From IMG/VR virus record IMGVR_UViG_3300043395_001428: a stretch of 64,000 bases of DNA; one strand, written 5' to 3'. Of this stretch, positions 46,496 through 56,760 are shown piece by piece. The notes under the pieces were generated by a model. It saw only the letters and a program-made list of their open reading frames with translations, was not told the DNA's origin and made no database searches. A program made the position numbers and the translations under genes. Every line of letters starts with the position of its first letter. Positions within the stretch are counted from its first letter, which is position 1. Source of the DNA: an uncultured virus (IMG/VR IMGVR_UViG_3300043395_001428). Its lineage: Duplodnaviria; Heunggongvirae; Uroviricota; Caudoviricetes.

Positions 46496-47215
46496 TTAAC
46501 TAAAATCTGCATAAGGCAGACCTGCCCCGCCGTTGTAAAGTGCCGTAACATCTGACGAAGATAGTTCGCGTTTCCAGAATCCGAACTCATCCATATAACC
46601 ATCCCACATCGCAGTGTTTACATCCGTTCCAATTCCGATTGCAAAGAGGATAGAATCATCCAAACTCCCCGAACGGCCAGAACCAGTAACGGTCACAGAT
46701 GATCCGTCGATGTAGAATTTCATCGTTGCACCCGCCCGCGTCCATACAATGTGATGCCAGTTACCGTCAAGCACCGATCCTAGTGATGCCGTAGCCGCCG
46801 CGAATGTTCCGTCTGATGCTTCCAATGACCATCCGTTAGTCGGATGAACAAACAAGCCATACCCATTATACGGACTGCTAGTTGCTTGTTTGGATATAAT
46901 ACTTGCTTCAGTGGAAATTGTGTCTGCTTTTAACCAAACAGAAAAAGAAAAATCACCTGAACCTACGTTCAAATCTGTATTTGAAGTATGAGTCAACCGA
47001 CTTTGATTAAACTTTTCAAATTCCAGACTGTCTATGATTATTCCTGCATTGCCATAGCCGATGAATGAGGCTGTGAGGTCATTAGACCCGTGGGCATCCG
47101 CTGCATTACCAGACGCATCATCCATTTTCCAATAGGAGATGAGATTGGTAAGCAGTCCGTTGCCACCGCCTGACGCAGGCTGTAAACTAGATTGTATTTG
47201 GTCAATAGCACTCAT
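46496..47215 (-). CDS. LamG/concanavalin A-like virion protein
   Basis: LISYWKMD, FSFSVW, WHHIV, G.MDE...W.R.LS..DV..LYN; start couples to the upstream stop (TAATG). Confidence 0.8.
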   Translation of the reverse strand: MSAIDQIQSSLQPASGGGNGLLTNLISYWKMDDASGNAADAHGSNDLTASFIGYGNAGIIIDSLEFEKFNQSRLTHTSNTDLNVGSGDFSFSVWLKADTISTEASIISKQATSSPYNGYGLFVHPTNGWSLEASDGTFAAATASLGSVLDGNWHHIVWTRAGATMKFYIDGSSVTVTGSGRSGSLDDSILFAIGIGTDVNTAMWDGYMDEFGFWKRELSSSDVTALYNGGAGLPYADFS

Positions 47216-49113
47216 TAAGTAATACCCGCTCCCGAAATCAGCCAAGTGGTCGATGTCATTTTCTGTGCTGTCCACCTACCGTTCTGTGCAACAGTACGAG
47301 TGCCTGTAGACGTAGAGTTAGCAAGTGTCATTGTGTCAGACGTGATGGCAACTGAACCTCCTGTCGCGTTGGTAAAAATACCTGAGATGCACGTTCCAAC
47401 TGCATAAGCAACTGAGGCGTTAGCAGGGATGGTCACTGTTTTGGACGCTCCTGTTTCAAGTATTGTTTTACCTGAATCTGCGAGTACACACGTATAGTTA
47501 TCAGACTGGCTGTTAATAGGACTTTCGAGATAGCCTATGTTTGCCGAAGCGGGTGGAAACGTCATCGTGGTCGAATCTGTACCTGCTAACGTAATAGAGT
47601 TAGAAGCCGTCAGCGTCTTACTCGCGGCGATGGACAGCGTTCCCGTTCCTGTTGCCCACGTATTTCCATTCCACGTAGTTCCAACTACTGCACCAAAGGT
47701 CTGAGTGCCTGTAAAGGTATTCGCAGCGTCCGTTCTAGCTATGGTTGCAGTTGTAGATGGAAACGTCATTGTCGTTCCATCCGTGCCTGCAAAAGTTAGG
47801 GTATTCGAGAACGATGCTGTCTTAGCGTTCGTTACTGTCAATGTCCCTGTCGAATTGGTCACTGTCAGCCCGTTGACCTTGTTCACGGGCATAAACGCTG
47901 AATAGTTAGTGCCGTCTGAGTAAATGCTTCCGAATTGTCCTGAGAGGAGTACGAGAGTCGCTGCTCCGTTTATCGTGGAGGTCGTGGGTGTAATCGTGAC
48001 TGTTCCCGCACCAAGATTCTGTACGCTGAGATAATAGCCTGATAAGAACGAGGCAGGTGAACCCGAACCCGCTTGTGGCAGAGTCACCGCGATACTTGAC
48101 GCATTAGAATACGTCACCATCTTTGAGAAATCGGTAGAGAGGATGGTGTCAGACGTACCTGTTACCGCTCTCACTCCGCCTATATCAGATGCTTTAAGAA
48201 TCTGATCCCAATCATTTGTTCCCTGTCCGTGCCAAAACTTACCATTGTCAGTAGTGATTATCTGTCCTTTAGCACAAGTTGCAGGCAACGTATCATCTGC
48301 ATCCACTTTTGTAAGGGCTACGTTCGTGACCGTGTTGGAGTCGCAGTCAATGGTTTTGTTGGTCAGGGTTTGAGCGGCATCATTAACGGTTAAAGTGCCC
48401 GATACCGCAGGGGCCACGAGATTAGATGTGCCTAATGCTCCTGTTTGCGGAGCGATATTAAGAGTACCTGATGTAGCATTTTTGAAGTCGATAGAACCTA
48501 CGGATGTCCCTGCTTCGCCAAGCGTTAGTTTGCTTGTTCCGTCCGTGATAATACCTGCAACTGCTTTAATGACAGTCGTACCATTGCCAAGCATCACAGC
48601 ATTGGAAGTGAGTGTACCTGACGCGGTTACATCCCCACTTCCTGCGAGGACATACATCTTATCCCAAACGGATGCTCCCGTTCCTGAGAGAGCGTTTGCA
48701 ACAACCAACATTCGTGAACTAGCCGCCATCACCTGAACAGCATTGCCACCGCTAGAATTGACCGTCACAGCACCCGATGAGTTGTTGATTATCCAATACC
48801 AAAAGCCTGCTTGTGGCAATGTGGACACAACAGGAAGCGTCACTGTCTGAGTCGTAGAACCTGTGAATGTCTGTACACCTTTGGAGGCTACGGTGAGTGT
48901 GGTCGTCCCTGCCGCTGTCGCAGTAGTAGCATATCCATTGGCGAGATTCGGGGCATAGACGTTCCCGTTGTCATCAACGAACGCGGCAGAGTTTTGAACA
49001 AGTTCGCCTGTCGTACCATTCCAACGCACTACTGCATTGTCCGTAGACGATACCGGCCCTACAACATCGCCTGTTCCTGCTCCGCCTTGCGGGGGATAAA
49101 TAGTGAGTCCCAT
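47215..49113 (-). CDS. tail fibre protein
   Basis: GDVVGP.SSTDNA..RW.GTTG and TLTNKT motifs; G/T/S-rich. Confidence 0.75.
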   Translation of the reverse strand: MGLTIYPPQGGAGTGDVVGPVSSTDNAVVRWNGTTGELVQNSAAFVDDNGNVYAPNLANGYATTATAAGTTTLTVASKGVQTFTGSTTQTVTLPVVSTLPQAGFWYWIINNSSGAVTVNSSGGNAVQVMAASSRMLVVANALSGTGASVWDKMYVLAGSGDVTASGTLTSNAVMLGNGTTVIKAVAGIITDGTSKLTLGEAGTSVGSIDFKNATSGTLNIAPQTGALGTSNLVAPAVSGTLTVNDAAQTLTNKTIDCDSNTVTNVALTKVDADDTLPATCAKGQIITTDNGKFWHGQGTNDWDQILKASDIGGVRAVTGTSDTILSTDFSKMVTYSNASSIAVTLPQAGSGSPASFLSGYYLSVQNLGAGTVTITPTTSTINGAATLVLLSGQFGSIYSDGTNYSAFMPVNKVNGLTVTNSTGTLTVTNAKTASFSNTLTFAGTDGTTMTFPSTTATIARTDAANTFTGTQTFGAVVGTTWNGNTWATGTGTLSIAASKTLTASNSITLAGTDSTTMTFPPASANIGYLESPINSQSDNYTCVLADSGKTILETGASKTVTIPANASVAYAVGTCISGIFTNATGGSVAITSDTMTLANSTSTGTRTVAQNGRWTAQKMTSTTWLISGAGIT

Positions 49114-49155
49114 AATAACCTCAATGGTCGGGGTGGTAGTCCCCCGACGCTTGAA

Positions 49156-49566
49156 TTAGGCAGTAACGCCCTTGAACACCATAAACCCGAAAACGGGCTG
49201 TTCTGAAGTAGTGCCTGCATAGGTACGTGACGTGATCTGAAAACTTCCTGCGGCGACTGCCGTTACCGACAAGTCGTACTTATCAGTTCCCGAAATCTGC
49301 CACAAAAAGACAGCATCCGTAGCCGCTACCGTCGAGTTCGTGACAGTAAACGAAGCCGCCGTAGTCGAACCTGATGCCGATACTAATGTGATAGCACCGC
49401 ACTGTGCATTGATTTCCACAGCCGTAGTGCGCGACGTTCCCTGAGTAACGGTCGAACCCGCACCCGTTCCATAGCCGACCTTGCCACCAGTTGAATAGTT
49501 GTTGCCAAGAGTCTTGATTTCCGATTTGGTCGTTGTCTGACCTGCATAATCCGTCGTAATAGCCAT
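49156..49566 (-). CDS. small virion structural protein
   Basis: Paralogous to the C-terminus of 41038..44532. Confidence 0.7.
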   Translation of the reverse strand: MAITTDYAGQTTTKSEIKTLGNNYSTGGKVGYGTGAGSTVTQGTSRTTAVEINAQCGAITLVSASGSTTAASFTVTNSTVAATDAVFLWQISGTDKYDLSVTAVAAGSFQITSRTYAGTTSEQPVFGFMVFKGVTA

Positions 49567-49671
49567 ATTATGATTGCCCGGTTGAGTTCATTTAGGTCAC
49601 TTTCAAGGTCTCTGTCCGGCGTTCGATGAAAGCGCCGCAAGGGTTCTTGTATCCCGCTCCCTTGCTTTGCG

Positions 49672-51192
49672 TTAACCAATTCTAGTCAGGTGTAGCCACG
49701 ACCCGCGATAGACCGTTGCCGTTCCTGATGTATGAGCCGTTCCTTGACAGAATCGGGGAATGAATGTTCCTGCCGCGTTTACAGTGAAACCTAATTGCAC
49801 TGTAATCCACGTTTCTCCCGTAATAGTCGTCCAGTTCAGGTCAGTCGCCAAAGCTGATGACACCGTTGTAACTGCAACCGTCGTACCGCCTGTTAAAACG
49901 CCTGCACCCGCCGCAAAAGCGGTCATTGTGGCTGCCGACCCGTCAAAATCAATAGAAATGCCTTCTGCTGCGGTTGAATCAGCACATTTGAATACCGCTG
50001 TGCCGATATAAGTTGCTCCCGCCAACAAGGTCAGCGACAAGTCGGTAATATTCGACATTGTTGCAGTAGCATTTGTTACATCTGCCGTGACTGCCGCTCG
50101 TAAATCTTGGTTAGCAAATGCAAAATTAGTGCTATTACCCGTCTGATTAGGAATGGTCAACGTGCATCCGCCTACTGTTTGAGCCGCCGTCGAGATTACT
50201 ACTGCTTGGGCAGTGGCATCTGCCGTAATGAGTTTTGTGCTTCCACTTGTCTTACCGTTAACAAGCAAAAAACCTGTATTGGTCTTGCCCGATGCGAGAG
50301 TAATACTCGGTGTCGTGGCATCATTGACGGTAACTGCGCCCGAAAGCGTATTTGCCCCTGTCGAGGTCAAGAATGTTCCCGTACCTGTCGAAAAATCAAA
50401 GTTGTTTGCCGCCGCCGCCGTTGTTGCGCCGTTGACCACAGGAGCGGTCAGTACAGGATTCGTCATCGTTTTGACGCCTGTAATAGACTGAGTTAATCCC
50501 GTGAAAACAGGTGCGGTAGATGCTCCTGCGAGGTCAGGAATCGTTATCGTTCCCGCACCGCTTGTCTGTCCTGCCGCTGTAATGTTGATGGTCTGCGCGG
50601 TGGCATCAGCGGTCGTGATGCGAATCTTACCTGATGTCTTACCGAATATGTCGATATAGCCCGTATTCGTATTGCCCGATGCAACGATAAATGCAGGGGT
50701 TGTAGCATCGTCTGATGTCACTGTGCCTGTTACCGAAGTATCAGATGCGATAGTGACCGTTCCCGCTCCATCGTCAGAAATGGTCGAAGCAACCAAGTTG
50801 CCACTCGAATCTGCTTTGGGTACGACATTCTCAGTCGCCGTCAAAGTACCAATGACCCCATTGACAAGAGGCGGGTTGTACGCATTAGCACCTTCTACGA
50901 AATCCACACTAACGGTGGAACTTGCACACTTTATCCAAATCAAAGACGTGTTAAGTCCTGATTCAAACAGAATTGCGGACTCCGGCCCTATCGTAGCCCA
51001 ATTACTAGGAGCAGACGTGCCTTGCCCAATGTACAGGTCAATAGCCGTATCATTGTTCTTGATATAGCCGTCCTGTGATGTGATGAACCCGTTCGCGGCA
51101 GATGAGATGCCTGCGGCGTCAAGTAATGCTGAAAGTTGTTGGAATGTAGACGTGGCAGTAAAGCCAGTCGGCAAGAAAGTATTGTTCGCCAT
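49672..51192 (-). CDS. fibre-like virion protein with an internal ~60-aa duplication
   Basis: Two DATTP...ASG.TNTG...GKTSG...TADATAQ blocks. Confidence 0.7.
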   Translation of the reverse strand: MANNTFLPTGFTATSTFQQLSALLDAAGISSAANGFITSQDGYIKNNDTAIDLYIGQGTSAPSNWATIGPESAILFESGLNTSLIWIKCASSTVSVDFVEGANAYNPPLVNGVIGTLTATENVVPKADSSGNLVASTISDDGAGTVTIASDTSVTGTVTSDDATTPAFIVASGNTNTGYIDIFGKTSGKIRITTADATAQTINITAAGQTSGAGTITIPDLAGASTAPVFTGLTQSITGVKTMTNPVLTAPVVNGATTAAAANNFDFSTGTGTFLTSTGANTLSGAVTVNDATTPSITLASGKTNTGFLLVNGKTSGSTKLITADATAQAVVISTAAQTVGGCTLTIPNQTGNSTNFAFANQDLRAAVTADVTNATATMSNITDLSLTLLAGATYIGTAVFKCADSTAAEGISIDFDGSAATMTAFAAGAGVLTGGTTVAVTTVSSALATDLNWTTITGETWITVQLGFTVNAAGTFIPRFCQGTAHTSGTATVYRGSWLHLTRIG

Positions 51193-51293
51193 TATAATTG
51201 CTCCTAAGTATGAATATTTGAATGCTTTTCAGCGACGACCTTTCGGCTAGAGCCTTTCGGCTTAGGGATATGCCTAGTTTCAATAAACTAGAA

Positions 51294-51740
51294 CTATTTT
51301 TTGCTACCGCCCATTAGTCCTGTGGCTAGATTAGACCCTGCCCCTGCAAATCCTATCGCAGTTCCCCACGGGTCGCTTACTTTTTGTGTGGATTGCGAGT
51401 TGTACATTTGTGGTTGGGTAAATCCTGCTACTGTGGCTTGTCTACCAAACTTGGCTTGTGCGCTATTCTGTGCGGCATTGGCTAAGTCCATACCGAGGTT
51501 CTGCGCTAAATCTTTCTTTTGAGCTTGATACGACCTGTCACGCACAGTTGCCGTGGTATATCCGCCTAACGGATTGTTGTAACTACGCTTAATATCTTGG
51601 TCAGCACGCGCGTATGCGTTTCTAATGGGGGTTGCGTAATCTTCACCTTGATCGACTAACCCCTCAAGATTACTAACCGCTTGAGTTTTGGGTGGAGGCG
51701 ACCACGATACTTCGTTTTTTGTCGTTGATTTCTTGCTCAT
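51294..51740 (-). CDS. putative small ejection/pilot protein
   Basis: S/T/K-rich N-terminus, Gly/Ala-rich C-terminus; position after the GNAT-like gene. Confidence 0.55.
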   Translation of the reverse strand: MSKKSTTKNEVSWSPPPKTQAVSNLEGLVDQGEDYATPIRNAYARADQDIKRSYNNPLGGYTTATVRDRSYQAQKKDLAQNLGMDLANAAQNSAQAKFGRQATVAGFTQPQMYNSQSTQKVSDPWGTAIGFAGAGSNLATGLMGGSKK

Positions 51741-51816
51741 AGCAAATAAAAAATCCGCTTATGCGTAGGCGAATGACCTAGCTATAAACGGATTACCTCG
51801 TGTGACCGAGATTTAA

Positions 51817-52302
51817 TTAAACTGATAGTATCAAACTTTTCGGATTTTCAATAACTAAAAATTCAGTGACGTGCATCGAATATCTCCACATCGTAAAGGG
51901 TTTCCCCCTTACTATCTTCGTGTTATCCTCAATCCCATAAAAGTTCATTCCCACTGCCTCACAAACTCTCTGCAACCATTTATTCTTTTTTGCTACCCAA
52001 CCATATATCCATACTACGCCTTCATCGAATAATTGATTGCGAATCTCTATCAAATCCTGTATGTCAATATTCGCCCCTCTCAAGAGGCTAAAGTGAATAT
52101 TTACGGCAGTCGGCATTACATATTCCAAGTAGACCAACGCAACTTCATCTATTTCAAATATCCGATGTCTGTTACAAAACTCCGTGAAACTTTCTTCGGT
52201 CGTATCATCCGTGTCAAGGCTTTCTCTATACCATTTGGCACTTTTCTTTTCATCTTCCCAATACTTGAGGAGTCCGTCCTTTATCGTAACTTCTCGATAC
52301 AC
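51817..52302 (-). CDS. GNAT-fold-like virion assembly protein
   Basis: IYGWV...N....RVCEAVGM pattern; synteny like P22 gp14/T7 gp13. Confidence 0.5.
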   Translation of the reverse strand: MYREVTIKDGLLKYWEDEKKSAKWYRESLDTDDTTEESFTEFCNRHRIFEIDEVALVYLEYVMPTAVNIHFSLLRGANIDIQDLIEIRNQLFDEGVVWIYGWVAKKNKWLQRVCEAVGMNFYGIEDNTKIVRGKPFTMWRYSMHVTEFLVIENPKSLILSV

Positions 52303-53009
52303 TAAAAACTCTCTCCATTGTCTATCGGCTTCAGATTACTAACGCTGTCGCCATTCGCTTCGTAGTTGTGGTAGGTATCTACGGTTAAATTATAGACCAA
52401 CATTGGCTTTGTAATAGCCACCTTTTCTACAATATCGACCTGTATCCACTTTTTATCCCAATGCCAAACCCAATCTAAGTTCCACACAGGTTCGTATATT
52501 TCATCTTCCACCCAATACTTATGATTCGCTGTCGTATGCGTCATCCGTCCGTCACGGAACTTTACCAACAGACTTTCTTCTACCCAATGTTCCCACTTGC
52601 CGATACATAGCGCGTTTATTCGTGTCCCTAGTTTATCGTGGCACTTTACCCAATCAACGCCTACAACCACTTCAAATATCGACTTGACTTCATCTGCAAG
52701 AGATATAGGTGTACCTGACGCGAAACACGGGATTCCGCCACCACCCGGTTGCTGAGATGCAGTTCCCTGTTGCCCAATTCCGCCAAGAGCTGCCCCAACC
52801 GTTCCCTGCAATGCTGTAGCGACACTTGGAATCGGAGCATTCGTCGTTGTCAATAGTCCACCGGGCTGTAAAGTGACGTTAGTGCCTTGCAAATGATTGG
52901 CGTCAGCTAGAGCGGCATTAAACGACGCCTGATTATTGTTAGCAGACAAGATTTGACCTGTCGTAACAATGTCATTCTGTTCGGCAAATTTTCCGTTGAT
53001 GTTGCCCAT
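52302..53009 (-). CDS. tail-region protein with a C-terminal Hint (intein-like) domain
   Basis: CFASGTPI, TTANH, VYNLTVDTYHNYEANG.SVSN. Confidence 0.85.
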   Translation of the reverse strand: MGNINGKFAEQNDIVTTGQILSANNNQASFNAALADANHLQGTNVTLQPGGLLTTTNAPIPSVATALQGTVGAALGGIGQQGTASQQPGGGGIPCFASGTPISLADEVKSIFEVVVGVDWVKCHDKLGTRINALCIGKWEHWVEESLLVKFRDGRMTHTTANHKYWVEDEIYEPVWNLDWVWHWDKKWIQVDIVEKVAITKPMLVYNLTVDTYHNYEANGDSVSNLKPIDNGESF

Positions 53010-55144
53010 TATCTCATCTGCCCCGCTACGTCCAATTCATACGTTAGCTCCTGAAATTGGTCTAGGCTTTCTATTGTCCCGTCACTTATACTTATCCCCT
53101 CCAGTCTCATCGTGTACATCAACAGATTCCGTACCCGTGTTTTGAATACAGGATACTGCGTTACCGTTGTCGAATCATCTAGGTTGACCTCATATAGAGC
53201 GTTCGTACCATCTTCCAGATCGTCCACATCTATCGCCGTATCGGGGGTGACACCATATATCTGCATTACACCGTCCGTAAATGCTCCGCGAGGTCTTAGT
53301 TTCCGTATCACCTTTGGCGTAAACTCTGCACCGCCGTCCATATATGACCACGCCAAGTACCACGGCACTTCATCTCCTGTCCCTGTATCGAACGACCACG
53401 TATCGAATTGGTCGGTCGTTGCCGCCCTGCGCCCGCCTGCGATGAAGTTCATTGAATTATGAACCGTCGCCGCTCCTGTGACTATCATATCCCTCGTGGT
53501 CGAGGTCAATAAGATGCGGGGCATCCAATCATAGTTGATAAGCGAATACAGATATATCTCCGATTCCCAATATCCTTGAGCATTGGTCGAACAAGCTGAG
53601 TGAATGTAGCACACACACGAATTGCGTGGGTCAAAGGCTAGGAATACATATCCCGGCGACCATTCTGACATCTGCGCATTGACCGACGAAGCAAAATCGT
53701 TGGACGCTTCTGCGCTGTCCCCTGTGGCGATAGAACGATACGGCCCTTTAGTAGTGAAGCCATAGAGAGTGTCATCCACACATACCAAACTGTTCGGGGT
53801 TGCAAACCCTCTTTGCCAAAACGGGCGTAAGGTAAACGGCGATGAAGGCAACCCTGTCGGCGTGGACGCTTGCAAGGTATTCGCTGTCATCGGGAACATT
53901 CTGCCTGCCGCGTTAATGAACCCAATGATATTCTCGCCTTTCTCGGTCGGCACTTTCTGCGTGGCAGGGTAAGCGTCAATGTTATCTGCCAACATTGGTG
54001 AGATGTACGGCCCCGGCGAAGTCGTATCTACTCTATCGCCCGTATTCACGCCTTGTCCGTCTGTCGAGATAAGATTCACGTATCCCGTGAACAACGATAC
54101 CCACTCTGCGTCGGGTGGCGGGTCTAGGTCAAAAGCTACTACTGACGCACTGAGGTCATTGTCCACGTAGTCAAACGCTATCGTGCCTGCGTAAGTTCCA
54201 CCTGAGAGTTCTGTGAACGGTATTCGTCTGAGTTCGTACCACGGCCCTTGTATCGCATTTACTGCTGAAGTAGCACTTGAACCTGAAAATGACGTGGCAT
54301 AGATGATATATCCCGTCGCCTTTGACGGTGGGGCAGAGGTCGAACCAAAATTGAAACTAAACGTCGAATTAGCGGCTGTGATCTGATACCCTGTGGTTCC
54401 GCCTGACAATAACGTGGCAGTAGGATTTCCGTACCCATTTGTAATATCCGAGTAGTAGGCTATCCGAAACGAATAATACCCTGCGGACATATTCTTCGTG
54501 CCGCCCGACCCGACTACCGTGATAGCAGAGTTCACCGTATTTGGCGCGGCATCAAACCCTAGTTCTTCCACTGAGTAATTATTCGATGCTGAGTCGTACA
54601 GTGCTATCTGCGCACGTCTCGTTGCTACCAACGATTCTCCTGCTAACACAGCACCGTTCACATACAATGCACCGTCACCTACTGCAATGATATTGCCCTT
54701 GTCTGTAAGAGTCGCGTTACCCCATAGTAAAGACGCTCTTTTCGTGTCAAGCGAGAATATTCCCGGCACTCGATAACCTGTTGTACTTGCTGTCGTCGTG
54801 GTCGGGGGCAGATACGTGGTGAATTGTGTTTGTGAATCAATGGATTGTACTACAAGCGGTCTATCCCCGACGATATGCACCATTTGACCAAAATGCAGTT
54901 CATCTTGGAAAGCCGTCCCTGTTCCTGTAATGACATTTGACGCGGGACTAAATGCGAGAGTTCCTGTTAAGGCAACAGCGGGTATCGGTTCACCTAAGTT
55001 CTCTGACCCGTTATATGCCGCATAAAACTGCCTGCCGGGAACGCCTCTCAATAACATATTCTGTCCGCGATAGATGGTCTGCTCGCTTCCTGTGATGGGC
55101 GAACTAGGCTTATATGGGACAGAAACTAATGTTGTTTCGGGCAT
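53009..55144 (-). CDS. putative tail tube/nozzle (DNA stabilization-like) protein
   Basis: About 710 aa, beta-rich; podovirus synteny after the adaptor genes. Confidence 0.6.
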   Translation of the reverse strand: MPETTLVSVPYKPSSPITGSEQTIYRGQNMLLRGVPGRQFYAAYNGSENLGEPIPAVALTGTLAFSPASNVITGTGTAFQDELHFGQMVHIVGDRPLVVQSIDSQTQFTTYLPPTTTTASTTGYRVPGIFSLDTKRASLLWGNATLTDKGNIIAVGDGALYVNGAVLAGESLVATRRAQIALYDSASNNYSVEELGFDAAPNTVNSAITVVGSGGTKNMSAGYYSFRIAYYSDITNGYGNPTATLLSGGTTGYQITAANSTFSFNFGSTSAPPSKATGYIIYATSFSGSSATSAVNAIQGPWYELRRIPFTELSGGTYAGTIAFDYVDNDLSASVVAFDLDPPPDAEWVSLFTGYVNLISTDGQGVNTGDRVDTTSPGPYISPMLADNIDAYPATQKVPTEKGENIIGFINAAGRMFPMTANTLQASTPTGLPSSPFTLRPFWQRGFATPNSLVCVDDTLYGFTTKGPYRSIATGDSAEASNDFASSVNAQMSEWSPGYVFLAFDPRNSCVCYIHSACSTNAQGYWESEIYLYSLINYDWMPRILLTSTTRDMIVTGAATVHNSMNFIAGGRRAATTDQFDTWSFDTGTGDEVPWYLAWSYMDGGAEFTPKVIRKLRPRGAFTDGVMQIYGVTPDTAIDVDDLEDGTNALYEVNLDDSTTVTQYPVFKTRVRNLLMYTMRLEGISISDGTIESLDQFQELTYELDVAGQMR

Positions 55145-55232
55145 AGCCTTATGATATAATAAATGCAGGTCGAAAGAAGTTGTCGCTTCCAACGACCCTG
55201 ACCTTAATATTTTCTATCAAGGAGAAAACATC

Positions 55233-55919
55233 TTGGCTAATTCTAATCGTAAACTTATAAACCTTGTAGGTCAAACATTTGGACGTTTGACTGTTACGCA
55301 AGAAGTTAGCAGTCTGTTTCACGCAAGACGTGCGGCGAGTGGCAATATTGTGCAACAAAAGACTCGTAGATGGGAGTGTATATGTATCTGTGGAACTGTT
55401 TCTATTGTTCGTCAAGGGAATCTGCTTAGAAAGCATACCACTAGCTGCGGATGCTTGGTTCGTGAACGCCTGAAAGAAGCATCCCAAACACACAGAATGA
55501 GTAGGACTCCTGAATATCGAGCTTGGGGTGCAATGTTTACTAGGTGTTATAACCAGAAGATTCCTAAATATAAAGATTATGGAGGACGTGGTATCACTGT
55601 ATGTGATAGGTGGCACAAGTTTGAAAATTTTTGGGCTGATATGGGTAATCGGCCTAGTCCTAAGCATTCCCTTGACCGTATTGATGTAAACGGTAATTAT
55701 GAACCACAAAATTGCAGATGGACGACTATGATTGTGCAAGTAAATAATAAACGAACTAATCATTGGATAACTCTCGGTAATCTAACATTAACGATTGCCC
55801 AGTGGGCTAGAAAACTACAATTACATCCTTCTACGATTTATCGTCGGCTACATCATACAGACGACCCTGTTCAAATATTACGCCCATCGTGTCGTCCAAC
55901 TACGTTGGCAACGGTGTAA
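55233..55919 (+). CDS. HNH homing endonuclease
   Basis: GQTFGRLTV, CICICG, SCGC, YGGRGITVCDRW, SLDRIDVNGNYEPQNCRW; AAGGAG RBS, TTG start. Confidence 0.88.
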   Translation: MANSNRKLINLVGQTFGRLTVTQEVSSLFHARRAASGNIVQQKTRRWECICICGTVSIVRQGNLLRKHTTSCGCLVRERLKEASQTHRMSRTPEYRAWGAMFTRCYNQKIPKYKDYGGRGITVCDRWHKFENFWADMGNRPSPKHSLDRIDVNGNYEPQNCRWTTMIVQVNNKRTNHWITLGNLTLTIAQWARKLQLHPSTIYRRLHHTDDPVQILRPSCRPTTLATV

Positions 55920-56442
55920 CACCCTGAAGGGCTAGGGCTAAGGCAAGGATAACATCGTTTGCGGTTTGGTCTGACGGAAATGTAACAGTCGTTGTTACAG
56001 TAGGCGTAGACGGTACAGTAACGTATAGACTCCCCGTGTAAGGGTCGTTAGGTAACGGAGCAGTGTAGTTAAAAGTATCACCCGTGATATAGACATATCC
56101 TAGTTGTTCATAGTTCTGTCCGCTGTTGTAATCCGATGCGTATTCGTAATAAGTGATAAGACTGTCATCATCGTCGGCAAAATTCGCTTGTCGCAAGAAC
56201 TCTCTCATCACGCCTGTCGGGACTGTACCTGTTCCTGATGTAATAGTCACCGTATGCTTTACTGTAATGTCCCTGACGAACTTAGGGTCTTTAGCCTTGC
56301 CTCTGTAGACGTTTGCGATGACGTGGGGCAAAAGAGCGAACAATCCGCCTCGCGCGTCAATAAACGCAGATGCGTTGGCATCTACACCACCCGCTTGCGT
56401 GGCAATCGTCCTTGCCCTTGAGAGTATTTCCGAAACATTCAT
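55900..56442 (-). CDS. putative head-tail adaptor/tail protein
   Basis: MNVSEILSRAR N-terminus; synteny. Confidence 0.5.
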   Translation of the reverse strand: MNVSEILSRARTIATQAGGVDANASAFIDARGGLFALLPHVIANVYRGKAKDPKFVRDITVKHTVTITSGTGTVPTGVMREFLRQANFADDDDSLITYYEYASDYNSGQNYEQLGYVYITGDTFNYTAPLPNDPYTGSLYVTVPSTPTVTTTVTFPSDQTANDVILALALALQGVTPLPT

Positions 56443-56756
56443 TGAGCTAATCTGCGAAAGGCTTCTTTGGAATCAAGATATTCAGCCCCGTCAATATTGT
56501 CCACCAACAGCTTCGATTGTGTCTGACATCCGTTGATGACAGCGTGTTCAATGACTTGCAATGGTTCAAAGGATACGACTTCTGCTATCTTACCGCCAAG
56601 CTCGAACTTCTCGCCTATCATTGGCAGATACTTAACTTCTTTTGCGGGTTTCGGTTTCACGGGAATCTCGAATGTGGTCTCAGGGTGTTCCTTTGCAAAC
56701 TTCTTCGACACTATCTTTCCCGTCTCTGCTGATTTCGCTACTGTTTTCTTTGCCAT
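56439..56756 (-). CDS. hypothetical basic protein
   Basis: KSAETGKIVSKKFAKEHPETT motif. Confidence 0.65.
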   Translation of the reverse strand: MAKKTVAKSAETGKIVSKKFAKEHPETTFEIPVKPKPAKEVKYLPMIGEKFELGGKIAEVVSFEPLQVIEHAVINGCQTQSKLLVDNIDGAEYLDSKEAFRRLAQ

Positions 56757-56760
56757 AACT

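Noticed and set aside
52302..53009. Canonical splicing intein with homing endonuclease
   Set aside because: Only 131 aa, no endonuclease domain, Leu at +1.
55149..55763. 204-aa minus-strand ORF
   Set aside because: Shadow of the + strand HNH gene.
55145..55919. Group I intron around the HNH gene
   Set aside because: Flanking genes look complete and there is no room for an intron core.
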